64,000 bases of DNA. Source: an uncultured Actinomycetes bacterium. Lineage in GTDB: Bacteria > Actinomycetota > Thermoleophilia > Gaiellales > JAICJC01. Position numbers and translations under genes: made by a program. Location of the stretch: the NCBI GenBank assembly GCA_963797565.1, contig CAWCPM010000008.1:96219-160218 (forward strand), given 5' to 3'. Numbering within the stretch: the first letter of the stretch is position 1; every line of letters starts with the position of its first letter. Below, piece after piece: positions 18,471 through 27,267 of the stretch. Under the pieces are notes generated by a model. It was not told where the DNA came from. It made no database searches and saw only the letters and a program-made list of their open reading frames with translations.

Positions 18471-19883
18471 GTGGGCATCTACGTCCCGTCGGTCGACCTG
18501 CGCAACCTGCGCCCGGCCAGGGAAGGGCCGCGGCCGGGGGGCGACTTCACCTGGGCGGCGACCGCGGCGGTCGGCGTGATGACCGTGGCGATGGCCCTGG
18601 TGCTCGGCGACGGCCGCGAGTTCATGGCGGCGGCCGCCTGCATCGTGTTCGGCGTGGTGTTCGCGATCCGCCCCGCCTACGGGGTGTACGCGATCGTGAT
18701 CGCCCGGCCGAGCATGGATCTGTGGGCCGACCGCTCGCTGGCGAACGTCGGATCGGTCAGCGTGAACCCGGCGTCGGCCCTGGCACTGGTCTTCATCGCG
18801 ATCGGCGGCGCCTACGTGCTCGAGAACTGGTCGCGCGCCAAGGAGGCGCCGAGTGTGGTGCCCTACATCGGGCTGGTCACCATGGCCATCCTCAGCATCG
18901 CCGTCGCGCCCTCCAAGGGCGGGGCCATCACCGAGACGCTGCGGCTGACCTCGGTGGCCGTGCTGTACCTGGCGGCCTACACGCTGATCCGCGACCGGCA
19001 GTCCCTGAAACGGATGACGATCGCGCTGCTGGCCTCGCTGATCGTGCCGACCCTGCTGGCGCTGTGGCAGTTCGACCACGGCGGTTCGACGGTGATCGGC
19101 CTGGTCGGCCGGTCGGCCGGGACGTTCCTGCAGCCCGACCCGTTCGGCATCTTCATGGGATTCATGCTGGCGTTCATGGTGCCGCTCGTACTCTGCAAGC
19201 AGCTGAAGGGCCGGTGGATCCTGTGGCTGGCGACGCCGCTGGTGCTGGTCGCGCTGGTCGCCTCCTACACGCGCACGGGCTGGGTGGGCTGCCTGTTCGG
19301 GCTGTTCGTGCTGGCCCTGATCCGGTACCGCGCGCTGCTGGTGATCGGCCCGCTGGTGCTGGTGCTGGTGGCCGCGGCCGTGCCCAGCACCGTGCACCGC
19401 TTCAGCGACCTCACCTCCGGCCGCACACACTACGGCCCGGGCAACTCGCTGCGCGCGCGCCTCGACCTGTGGCGCACCAATCTGCCCAGGGTCGAACACG
19501 ACCCGGTGCTGGGCAACGGCTTCAAGTCGATCGTCGAGGACACCACGGCCACGCGGTCGATCGGCGTCAACGTGCAGCAGGGGGCCCACTCCCACAGCGA
19601 CTTCGTGCGCGCCGTGGTGGAGCTGGGCGTGCCCGGGTTCGTATTCTTCTGCTGGCTCCTGTTCGGCATGTGGGGGGCGTGCCGACGCAGCTACAGGCGC
19701 GCCCGCAAGGCCCGCGACGGCGTGCTCGAGGCCGTTTCACTGGGATCGCTGGTGGCGGCCTCCGCGTACATCCTGATGAGCGCCGACTCGAACCTGATGA
19801 CCCAGGTGGCCGTGTCGGGCACGTTCTGGACGCTGGCCGCCATCGGCCACGCCGCGGGTCGCGTCGACCTGGCCGAGCAATAG
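18471..19883 (+). CDS. O-antigen ligase/polymerase (Wzy)-family membrane protein
   Basis: 470 aa with more than 10 predicted TM segments. It has a Wzy_C-like loop: RTNLPRVEHDPVLGNGFKS...GAHSHSDFVRAVVELGVPGFVFF. Confidence 0.75.
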   Translation: MGIYVPSVDLRNLRPAREGPRPGGDFTWAATAAVGVMTVAMALVLGDGREFMAAAACIVFGVVFAIRPAYGVYAIVIARPSMDLWADRSLANVGSVSVNPASALALVFIAIGGAYVLENWSRAKEAPSVVPYIGLVTMAILSIAVAPSKGGAITETLRLTSVAVLYLAAYTLIRDRQSLKRMTIALLASLIVPTLLALWQFDHGGSTVIGLVGRSAGTFLQPDPFGIFMGFMLAFMVPLVLCKQLKGRWILWLATPLVLVALVASYTRTGWVGCLFGLFVLALIRYRALLVIGPLVLVLVAAAVPSTVHRFSDLTSGRTHYGPGNSLRARLDLWRTNLPRVEHDPVLGNGFKSIVEDTTATRSIGVNVQQGAHSHSDFVRAVVELGVPGFVFFCWLLFGMWGACRRSYRRARKARDGVLEAVSLGSLVAASAYILMSADSNLMTQVAVSGTFWTLAAIGHAAGRVDLAEQ

Positions 19884-19884
19884 C

Positions 19885-21150
19885 GTGAACGGCGATCGGG
19901 CGGGCGGCGCCTTCCAGCGCGTGCTGATGGTGAACAAGTTCCACTACCCGCGCGGCGGTGCGGAGCACTACATGTTCAGGCTGGCCGGCCTGCTCGAGGG
20001 CCGCGGCGCGCACGTCGACTACTTCGCCATGCACGACTCCCGCAACCTGCCCTGCGACACCGATCGCTACTTCGTCTCGGAGGTCGACTTCGAGGACCCG
20101 CCGAAGGGCGTGCGTGGCCGCGCTCAGGTCGCCGGCCGGATGGTCTACTCGCTGGAGGCAAGGCGCAAGATGGGCGTGCTGCTGGCGCATCGCCCGGTCG
20201 ACCTGGCGCACGTGCACAACATCTACCACCAGCTGTCGCCCTCGCTGCTGGCGCCGCTGCACAAGCGCGGCATCCCGGTGGTGATGACCGTCCACGACTT
20301 CAAGCTCGTCTGCCCCGTCTACAGCCTGCTCTCGAACGGCCAGATCTGCGAGCGCTGCGTCGGCCACGGCTTCTCGCACGCCGTGCGGCAGCGCTGCAAC
20401 CGCGGATCGCTGTCGGGCAGCATGCTGGTGGCCGGCGAGACATGGCTGCACCGGCGGCTGCGGCTCTACCGCGACGGCATCGACCTGTTCATCACGCCCT
20501 CGGCGTTCGCCCGCGACCGGATGGTGACGAGCGGCTATCCGTCCGACCGCATCGTGGTGATCCCCAACTGCGTGGTGGCCGCGGACTACGAGCCGTTGCA
20601 CCGGCCCGGGGATCACTGCCTGTACGTGGGCCGGCTGTCGCGCGAAAAGGGCGTCGAGGTGCTCGTGCAGGCGGCGATCGAAACCGGTGCGCGCGTCAAG
20701 CTGGTCGGTGACGGGCCGATGCGCCCGCACCTGCAGGCCATGATCGAGCGCTCCGGCGCGGACGTCGAGCTGCTCGGCTTCCGCAGCGGCCACGAGCTGG
20801 CCGCCGCCGTGCAGGCCTCCGCGGCCGTGGTGATGCCGTCCATCTGCCACGACAACTGCCCACTGGCCGTGATCGAGGCGATGGCCTGGGGCAAGCCGGT
20901 GATCGGCAGCCGCGTGGGCGGCATCCCCGAGCTGGTCCGCGACGGCCACGAGGGCGTGCTCGTGCCGCACGGAGACGCGCGCGTCCTGGGCGAGGCGATG
21001 CTGGCCATGCAGAACGATCCGGAACGATCGCAGCGGATGGGCAGGGCCGGACGCGAGCGTGTGATGGAACGGTACGATGCGGGTCCGCACTACAGCGCCG
21101 TGGCCGAGGCATACGGGCGTGCGGCCGATATCCGCGAGGCGGCTCGATGA
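19885..21150 (+). CDS. Glycosyltransferase family 4
   Basis: The N-terminus VLMVNKFHYPRGGAEHY and the C-terminal EX7E region (NCPLAVIEAMAWGKPVIGSRVGGIPELV) match GT4. Confidence 0.85.
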   Translation: MNGDRAGGAFQRVLMVNKFHYPRGGAEHYMFRLAGLLEGRGAHVDYFAMHDSRNLPCDTDRYFVSEVDFEDPPKGVRGRAQVAGRMVYSLEARRKMGVLLAHRPVDLAHVHNIYHQLSPSLLAPLHKRGIPVVMTVHDFKLVCPVYSLLSNGQICERCVGHGFSHAVRQRCNRGSLSGSMLVAGETWLHRRLRLYRDGIDLFITPSAFARDRMVTSGYPSDRIVVIPNCVVAADYEPLHRPGDHCLYVGRLSREKGVEVLVQAAIETGARVKLVGDGPMRPHLQAMIERSGADVELLGFRSGHELAAAVQASAAVVMPSICHDNCPLAVIEAMAWGKPVIGSRVGGIPELVRDGHEGVLVPHGDARVLGEAMLAMQNDPERSQRMGRAGRERVMERYDAGPHYSAVAEAYGRAADIREAAR

Positions 21151-22253
21151 GGATCGCGATGGTGGGCCAGAAGACGAACGTGACCCGCTTTGGCGGGATC
21201 GAGCGGCACGTCGGCCTGCTGGCCGACCGGCTGGCCGAGCGCGGCCACGAGGTGACCGTGTTCACGCGCGGGCGCTACGGCGATCCCGTGCGTCCCGCCC
21301 AAGGTGTCACCGTCACCCGCCGCCCGTCCGTGCCCAGCAAGCACCTGGAGGCGATCACCCATTCGACCGTGTGCTCGCTGGAGGCGGGCCTGCGCGGCTA
21401 CGACGTCGTCCACTTCCACGGCGTCGGTCCGAGCCTGACCATCCCGTTTGCCAAGCTCGGCCGGCGCAGCGCCGTCTGCGCCACGGTCCACGACCAGGAC
21501 TACAACAAGGACAAGTGGTCGGGGTTCGCTCAGCGGATGCTGCGCGCGGGCGAGGCCAGCGCCTGCCGCCACGCTGCCGCGGTGATCACGGTCGCGCGCT
21601 ACCTCCAGCAGCACCTCTACGACGTCTACGGCCGCAGGGTCACCTACATCCCCAACGGCAACGACCCGCTGCCGGTGCAGCCACCCGGGCCGGCTCTCGC
21701 CGAACATGGCCTCGAGGCCGGCCGCTACCTGCTGTTCCTGGCACGGCTGGTGCCCGAGAAGGGCTGCGACGTGCTGATCCGGGCGCTGCGCGAGAGCGAG
21801 ACCCCCTACCAACTGGCGATCGTTGGCGGCGCCAGCTACTCCGACAAGTACGCCGCCTACCTGCGGCGCCTGGCCGGCGGCGACTCGCGCATCCGCTTCC
21901 TCGGCTTCCAGTCCGGCGTGGCGCTGGACGAGCTGCGGACGAACGCCGGCGCCTATGTGATGCCGTCGCGCCAGGAGGGGCTGCCGCTGTCGCTGCTGGA
22001 GATGCTCACGTACGGCATGCCTGTGATCGCCAGCGACATCCCCGCCGTCCACGAGGTTGACGGCGCGGTGGCCGAGGATCGGCTGACGCTCGTGCCGCCG
22101 GGAGACGTGGTGGCGCTGCGCGGTGCCATCGACCGGCTGCCCTGGCCGGGCCAGCCCGGAACGCCCGGCTGGCTGAACTGGCCCACCTGGGCCGACGTCG
22201 CCGAGCAGGTGGAGCGCGTCTACGAGTCGATCGCCGTCCGCCGCGCGGCCTAG
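21147..22253 (+). CDS. Glycosyltransferase family 4
   Basis: MRIAMVGQK..TRFGGIERHV and PSRQEGLPLSLLEMLTYGMPVIASDIPAVHEV match GT4. The start has a 4-nt ATGA overlap with the upstream GT4. Confidence 0.85.
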   Translation: MRIAMVGQKTNVTRFGGIERHVGLLADRLAERGHEVTVFTRGRYGDPVRPAQGVTVTRRPSVPSKHLEAITHSTVCSLEAGLRGYDVVHFHGVGPSLTIPFAKLGRRSAVCATVHDQDYNKDKWSGFAQRMLRAGEASACRHAAAVITVARYLQQHLYDVYGRRVTYIPNGNDPLPVQPPGPALAEHGLEAGRYLLFLARLVPEKGCDVLIRALRESETPYQLAIVGGASYSDKYAAYLRRLAGGDSRIRFLGFQSGVALDELRTNAGAYVMPSRQEGLPLSLLEMLTYGMPVIASDIPAVHEVDGAVAEDRLTLVPPGDVVALRGAIDRLPWPGQPGTPGWLNWPTWADVAEQVERVYESIAVRRAA

Positions 22254-22301
22254 CGTGACGATCGGAGGCGTCGTATACTCGAGCCCGGTCGTCGGGGCAG
22301 G

Positions 22302-24764
22302 ATGACCCGTTGGTTCACCTCGAGTGGGGAGCGCTCCAAATTGACTGAGAACACTGCGCGCCGCAGGTTCGTGCGCTGGCCGATGGCCGTCCTGGCCGTC
22401 GCGATGCTGGGGCTGATAACGGCGCCGAGCGCGCTCACGGCCACACTCAACAGCACCTTTACCAACTCGGTTTCGGTGACCGGCACCAAGTTCCGGACGC
22501 ACACGATCGCCGTGGTTGCGCCCGGCACCATCAACGTCTCGCTCGACTGGGACGACGCGTCGGCCAAGCTGACGCTGTTCCTGACCGACCCCAACGGCGT
22601 GCAGGTGAGTGCCGTGACCACCACCGCAAAGCCGAAGGTGATCGCCTACAACGCCACCGTCTCGGGCACGTACAAGATCGGCGTGAAGGCCGCCACCGGC
22701 GGCGCCAACTACACGGTCACCGCCAGCTACCCGGGAGCTGACTCCACGGGCACCGGCCTCGTCCAGTTCCAGAAGGCGATCGGGTTCAGCGGGCCGGCCG
22801 GGCTCTACGCCTACGGCATGGACTGGGACTCGACCGACAACACGATCCTGGTCGGCGACTACTGGAACTACCGGGTCTGGCGCTACACGACCGACGGCCA
22901 GCTGGTCGGCTCGGTCTCCCAGCACGCGCTGGGCGGCCTCAGCGGCGGCATCACGGCCCCCTACGACATCGAGGCCGATCCCACCGATCTCAACTCGAGC
23001 GGCAAGGCGGCGCTGTGGGTGGCCGACCAGGGCAGCTCCCGCTTCGTCGAGTTCGACCACAACGGCAAGTGGCTGCAGACGATCGGCAAGATGAACGCCG
23101 GCCAGCCCACCGGCAGCGATGCCCAGCATCCCGGCCACAGCTACGGCCAGGGCTGCGACAACGGGCAGATGCAGATCCCGACCCACATCGCGGTCGACAC
23201 GGTGTTCTCGACCCACTACATCTACGTGTCGGATCCCCGCTGCCGCAACGTCTACATCTTCGACCACCAGGGCGGCTTCCACGGCCAGCTCGACTGGACC
23301 GGCTCCGGCGTGGGCACGCCGATCCCGCGCGGCGTCGGCGAGGATGCGGCCGGCAACATCTGGGTGGCCGAGTTCAACAGCCGCAGGATCTTCGTGTTCG
23401 GTCCGACGACGAAGAAGATCATCGGCTCGATCGGCCCGCAGAGCGACGAGAACGACGTGCGCGGTCTGGACATCGATCCGGTGAACCACCTGATCTACAC
23501 CGTCGGCGCGTACTGGAACCGCACCTACGAGTTCTCCTACGACCCGGCCAAGGTGGCCGCGGGCACCGGCGCCTCCAGCATCGTCGGCAAGTTCGTGAAC
23601 GAGTGGCGCAACATGGACGGCACCAACTTCGCCTCCGGCCACCAGCAGATGGACTCGATCCGGTTCCCGGCGGTCGACGGCCAGGGCAACGTGTACGTGG
23701 GCGAGACCTGGGGTTGCGACGCGGGGTGTACGGGTACCCCGTACGGCTACGGCGTGGAGAAGTACGCGCCGGGCAGCATCTCCGCGTTCCCGTCGTGCAC
23801 CGCCACCAACGCGCAGACCACCTGTGCCGGTGCCACCAGGCTGCCGTGGGCGACCGGCCCGCAGCCGCCGCCGCGGGGCGGGTTCAACCAGCAGAACGGC
23901 ATCGCCATCGATCCATCGGACAACTCGTTGTTCGTGGTCGACACGTTCGAGCAGCGCGTGCAGAAGTTCGACTCCACGTCCACGTGCACATCGGAGGCCA
24001 GCTGCCCGGCCTGGGAGCTGCAGTGGGGCTCGCGGCAGCCGGCCAGCCCGGCGTCGGACGGGTTCGGCTATCCGCGCGCGCTCACGTTCGGCGACGGCAT
24101 GGTCTGGGTCGGTGACAACAACAACGCCGTGATCACGTTCAAGCCGGATGGCACCTTCGTGCACCGCTACGGATCGCAGGGCCCGCAGCCCGGCATGTTC
24201 AAGGGCGGGGTGCAGGGCATCCACGTCGAGAACGGCAGGGTCTACGCCACCGACGTGGCCGGCTGCCGGCTGCAGGTGTTCGACGAGGCGAAGCTGCTGA
24301 GCGCGTCCAGCATCGCCACCGCCCCGGCCGGGACGCTGCTGGAGAACCTGGGCAGCTGCGGATCGGGCGTCAACCAGATGACGGCTCCCCGCGGCGTCGC
24401 GGTGTCCCCGGACGGGAACACCGTGTACGTTGCCGAGACCGGCAACAACCGCATCAGCGTGTGGAACCTGAGCACCAACTCGGCCACGACCGTGAAGCCG
24501 AGCTGCGGCGGCAAGGGCCTGGCCCAGCCCTGGGGCATCACCTGGGATCCCGGCAAGACGTGGCTCTACATCGGCGACGTCAAGAACGCGCGGGTGGTTC
24601 GCTGGAACCCATCCACCAACGTCTGCCAGGTCGTGGTCACGAGCAACGACCTGCCGGCGCAGTACCAGATGCTGGGCTCGAACTTCATCGAGTTCGACTC
24701 CAACGGCCTGATGTACGTGAGCGATAACGCTCGCCACATCTACGTGTTCCAGCTCACCGGCTAG
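22302..24764 (+). CDS. Secreted PPC-domain + NHL-repeat beta-propeller protein (possible Tat signal)
   Basis: N-terminal ARRRFVRW followed by a hydrophobic stretch. A PPC-like domain is present (INVSLDWDDASAKLTLFLTDPNG...GTYKIGVKA). At least 8 NHL-like repeats follow (VADQGSSRFVEFD, VSDPRCRNVYIFD, VAEFNSRRIFVFG, VVDTFEQRVQKFD, ATDVAGCRLQVFD, VAETGNNRISVWN, IGDVKNARVVRWN, VSDNARHIYVFQ). Confidence 0.75.
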   Translation: MTRWFTSSGERSKLTENTARRRFVRWPMAVLAVAMLGLITAPSALTATLNSTFTNSVSVTGTKFRTHTIAVVAPGTINVSLDWDDASAKLTLFLTDPNGVQVSAVTTTAKPKVIAYNATVSGTYKIGVKAATGGANYTVTASYPGADSTGTGLVQFQKAIGFSGPAGLYAYGMDWDSTDNTILVGDYWNYRVWRYTTDGQLVGSVSQHALGGLSGGITAPYDIEADPTDLNSSGKAALWVADQGSSRFVEFDHNGKWLQTIGKMNAGQPTGSDAQHPGHSYGQGCDNGQMQIPTHIAVDTVFSTHYIYVSDPRCRNVYIFDHQGGFHGQLDWTGSGVGTPIPRGVGEDAAGNIWVAEFNSRRIFVFGPTTKKIIGSIGPQSDENDVRGLDIDPVNHLIYTVGAYWNRTYEFSYDPAKVAAGTGASSIVGKFVNEWRNMDGTNFASGHQQMDSIRFPAVDGQGNVYVGETWGCDAGCTGTPYGYGVEKYAPGSISAFPSCTATNAQTTCAGATRLPWATGPQPPPRGGFNQQNGIAIDPSDNSLFVVDTFEQRVQKFDSTSTCTSEASCPAWELQWGSRQPASPASDGFGYPRALTFGDGMVWVGDNNNAVITFKPDGTFVHRYGSQGPQPGMFKGGVQGIHVENGRVYATDVAGCRLQVFDEAKLLSASSIATAPAGTLLENLGSCGSGVNQMTAPRGVAVSPDGNTVYVAETGNNRISVWNLSTNSATTVKPSCGGKGLAQPWGITWDPGKTWLYIGDVKNARVVRWNPSTNVCQVVVTSNDLPAQYQMLGSNFIEFDSNGLMYVSDNARHIYVFQLTG

Positions 24765-24773
24765 CGATATCGG

Positions 24774-24798
24774 GGCGCCCGGCGGCCGGCCGGGCGCC
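24774..24798. terminator. GC-rich hairpin between convergent genes (bidirectional terminator candidate)
   Basis: GGCGCCCGGC-ggccg-GCCGGGCGCC is a perfect 10-bp stem with a 5-nt loop. It sits between the stops at 24764 (+) and 24810 (-). There is no U-tract. Confidence 0.4.
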
Positions 24799-24809
24799 TC
24801 GGCCTGCCG

Positions 24810-25964
24810 TCAGGCGGCTCGCCGACCGTGCTGGACGGCGTCGAAGTAGGCCACGCGGTCGGCATCGTCACCGGCCGATGCCAGGATTGCCCGGCGGCGT
24901 CCCAGCAGGTGCCCGACACGCGCCTTCACGTCACCGCCGAGGCGCGCCAGCAGCGCGGTGATGCTGGCGCCCAGCCCGCGCCGGGTGGCGCGCACCACCG
25001 TGCGTGAAAGCGACGGCCGGTTGGGCGGGCGATCGGGGGGCGACAGCCGCTCGCTGCCGCGCACGATCTGCTCCCAGACGCGGCTGCCCGAAAGCGCGTC
25101 CATCACCTGCGGCGGGATCGGCGCGTCAAGGAGCTGCGCGCTTCGCCGGAAGCTGACGGCCACCACTTCGGCAACGCGCCATGCGCGGGCGCGCGCCACC
25201 AGCTGCTCCCAGTCCAGACCCGGGTCGGCCGTGGCCCGCTCGATGTCCTTCAGCCAGGCCAGCTTTGCGCCGCCCGACAGGCCCGCGTGCACGGCGAGCT
25301 GCAGCAGCGTGTCCGCGGGGTCGAGTGTGAGCACATCTGGCCCGTCCAGCGACACGCGCCGGGCGCGCGCGAACAGCTCGTCCATGTCGATGGCGAAGCT
25401 GCCTCGCACCGAGGCGCGGTTGATCAGGTGCCAGTGCACGTCGGCGCAGGTGCCGAAGCGGGCCGTCATGTGCACCTGGCCCCGCATCTCGCGGCGGATC
25501 ACGCGCCAGTTGCGGTCGAGCATGTCGCAGCCGCTCTCCAGCAGCGCGGTGACGGCGTCGCCGAAGACCCGCCGGTCGATCACCAGGTCGAGGTCGCCGT
25601 ATGACCGCATGTCGTTGCGCGGGTAGATCACCTCCGCCAGCACCGGCCCTTTCACCACCATGAACGGGACGCCGGCGGCGTCCAGCGTGGCGGCCAGCGA
25701 GGTGAGCTCGCCGATCACCTTCATGTGGTGCGTCACGTTGAGGTGGTAGACGGTGGCCAGCAGCGAGCGCAGCTCGGGGTCGAGCGTCGGCAGCTCGCGC
25801 GCCGACAGGTAGAGCAGGTTCGCCACACCGTGCTCGGCGGCAGCCCTCCCCACCGTCCGCGGGTCGGCCCCCGCCAGCATCGCCTCGATGCCGTCCGGCG
25901 CGGCCGTCCAGTCGTGCTCGATGGTGCATCGGCGCAGCAGCTCGAACAGGTCGGGCGGCCTCAC
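24810..25964 (-). CDS. Nucleotidyltransferase-family protein (NTP_transf_5 / PF14907-like), lasso-cluster tailoring candidate
   Basis: The GTG at 25964 overlaps the B2 stop (GTGA). FMVVKGPVLAEVIYPRNDMRSYGDLDLVIDRRVFGDAVTALLESG is typical of this family. The 114-aa N-terminal extension in the track is Arg/Gly junk. Confidence 0.75.
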   Translation of the reverse strand: MRPPDLFELLRRCTIEHDWTAAPDGIEAMLAGADPRTVGRAAAEHGVANLLYLSARELPTLDPELRSLLATVYHLNVTHHMKVIGELTSLAATLDAAGVPFMVVKGPVLAEVIYPRNDMRSYGDLDLVIDRRVFGDAVTALLESGCDMLDRNWRVIRREMRGQVHMTARFGTCADVHWHLINRASVRGSFAIDMDELFARARRVSLDGPDVLTLDPADTLLQLAVHAGLSGGAKLAWLKDIERATADPGLDWEQLVARARAWRVAEVVAVSFRRSAQLLDAPIPPQVMDALSGSRVWEQIVRGSERLSPPDRPPNRPSLSRTVVRATRRGLGASITALLARLGGDVKARVGHLLGRRRAILASAGDDADRVAYFDAVQHGRRAA

Positions 25965-26368
25965 GTGAACCTCGCCATCGGCTCGTGCCCGGCCCGGCCC
26001 GGTGGCGGTCCCACGTCCATCCCGTTCAGCTCCACCCACGCGTGCGCGTCCTTGTTGATCGCGGCCTCCGGCAGGCCCACCACCAGCACCGCCGGGTCGC
26101 CCTGCTCCCTCAGCAGCCGGTACAGCACCAGCGCGTTGAAGATGCAGCGGGGGCGGCGCGAGCCGATCCGCAGCGTGCGGTCGATCGCCCAGCCCAGCTG
26201 CCGCGCCGGGATCGGCTCGCCGGAGCGCACCGGCACCGCGCCGAAGCTCGCGGCCAGCGCCGGCAGCGGCTCTCGCGACAGGCGCCCGCGCACCTGCGCG
26301 TAGCACGCGACGATGCGCACGGCCAGAGTGACGCGCCGCGTCAGGGGCAGGGGCGCCCGCGAGGTCAT
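25961..26368 (-). CDS. Lasso peptide biosynthesis B2 protein (transglutaminase-fold leader peptidase)
   Basis: 135 aa from the internal Met: ...RRPRCIFNALVLYRLLREQGDPAVLVVGL......DAHAWVELNG (Cys/His catalytic pattern). The ATGA overlaps the kinase stop. Confidence 0.85.
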   Translation of the reverse strand: MTSRAPLPLTRRVTLAVRIVACYAQVRGRLSREPLPALAASFGAVPVRSGEPIPARQLGWAIDRTLRIGSRRPRCIFNALVLYRLLREQGDPAVLVVGLPEAAINKDAHAWVELNGMDVGPPPGRAGHEPMARFT

Positions 26369-27267
26369 TCGTCGCACAGCGCCATCACCTGGGCCACCAC
26401 GTCGGGCAGCGTCTCGAACGTCATCGGCCTGTGGAACTGGTAGATGGGCACCGTGGTGGTGAGGTCGGCCAGCTGCTGAAACGCGCGGGTGCGGTCGGCC
26501 GTGTCTGGGACGCGGAATGCCAACGCCCACATGTCGCGGATGGCGGCGGCGCCGTCGATCCGCTCCATGCGCAGATCGGGGCCGTCGCCGACGTGTAGCA
26601 ACACGATCGCGGTCAGGGGCACGGGCCCGCCGTCGCCGCGGCGGTCCGGCTCGATCTCCAGGTAGGCCCGGCTGGCGCCCATCTCGACCAGCCGCATGCC
26701 GTCGGGGAGAACCGGGTTCGTCCGCATCCGCAGCAGCGCCGGGCCCGGCATCACGCACGGGTGCGGCTGCATCTGCACGCGAGCGATGTCCTCCGTGAGC
26801 AGCCGGCAGCCGGCGCCGTGCAGCGCCAGCGCCAGTGTGGTCTTGCCGTGCTTACCAGGCGCCGCCACGATCACGGCTCGGCCGTTTCGCTCGATGGCAG
26901 CGGCGTGCAGGGAGAGGTCGCCCTGGCGCGTGAACGTGACCATGGATGGCACCCCCCAGAGGTGCATCTCGCGCCGCCAGGGGTCGGTGCCGGCCGGCAC
27001 CTCGATCGTGCGGTCGAACGGCGCGATCCGGTACCAGCCGACGTTCTCGGCCCAGAAGTCGAAGATCTGGCCGCCGCCGTAGAGCCTTCCCGTCACGCCC
27101 GCCGACGTCGTCCAGTTCAGCAGAGGCGGCTCGTCGTGCTGCGGTTCGGCGCCGCGCATCTCGACCACCTCGATCTGGTCGGCGCTGACCCCTGGCCGCG
27201 TGAAGCGCAGGTCGATTGCGCTCCTGATGGAGAACCCGAAACACGTCTGCGGAGCGGAGGTGTTCAC
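26365..27267 (-). CDS. HPr-kinase-like serine kinase (lasso precursor C-terminal Ser kinase candidate)
   Basis: 300 aa from a GTG that overlaps the cyclase stop (GTGA). LHAAAIERNGRAVIVAAPGKHGKTTLALALHGAG is an HprK-type P-loop. The upstream part of the track ORF is low-complexity junk. Confidence 0.75.
   Translation of the reverse strand: MNTSAPQTCFGFSIRSAIDLRFTRPGVSADQIEVVEMRGAEPQHDEPPLLNWTTSAGVTGRLYGGGQIFDFWAENVGWYRIAPFDRTIEVPAGTDPWRREMHLWGVPSMVTFTRQGDLSLHAAAIERNGRAVIVAAPGKHGKTTLALALHGAGCRLLTEDIARVQMQPHPCVMPGPALLRMRTNPVLPDGMRLVEMGASRAYLEIEPDRRGDGGPVPLTAIVLLHVGDGPDLRMERIDGAAAIRDMWALAFRVPDTADRTRAFQQLADLTTTVPIYQFHRPMTFETLPDVVAQVMALCDE

Noticed and set aside
21090-24737. 1215-aa minus-strand ORF, the longest in the track
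   Set aside because: It is an Arg/Gly/Ala/His-rich low-complexity translation with no domain motifs. It lies exactly antisense to three well-supported plus-strand genes (two GT4 and the NHL protein), so it is a GC-driven shadow ORF.
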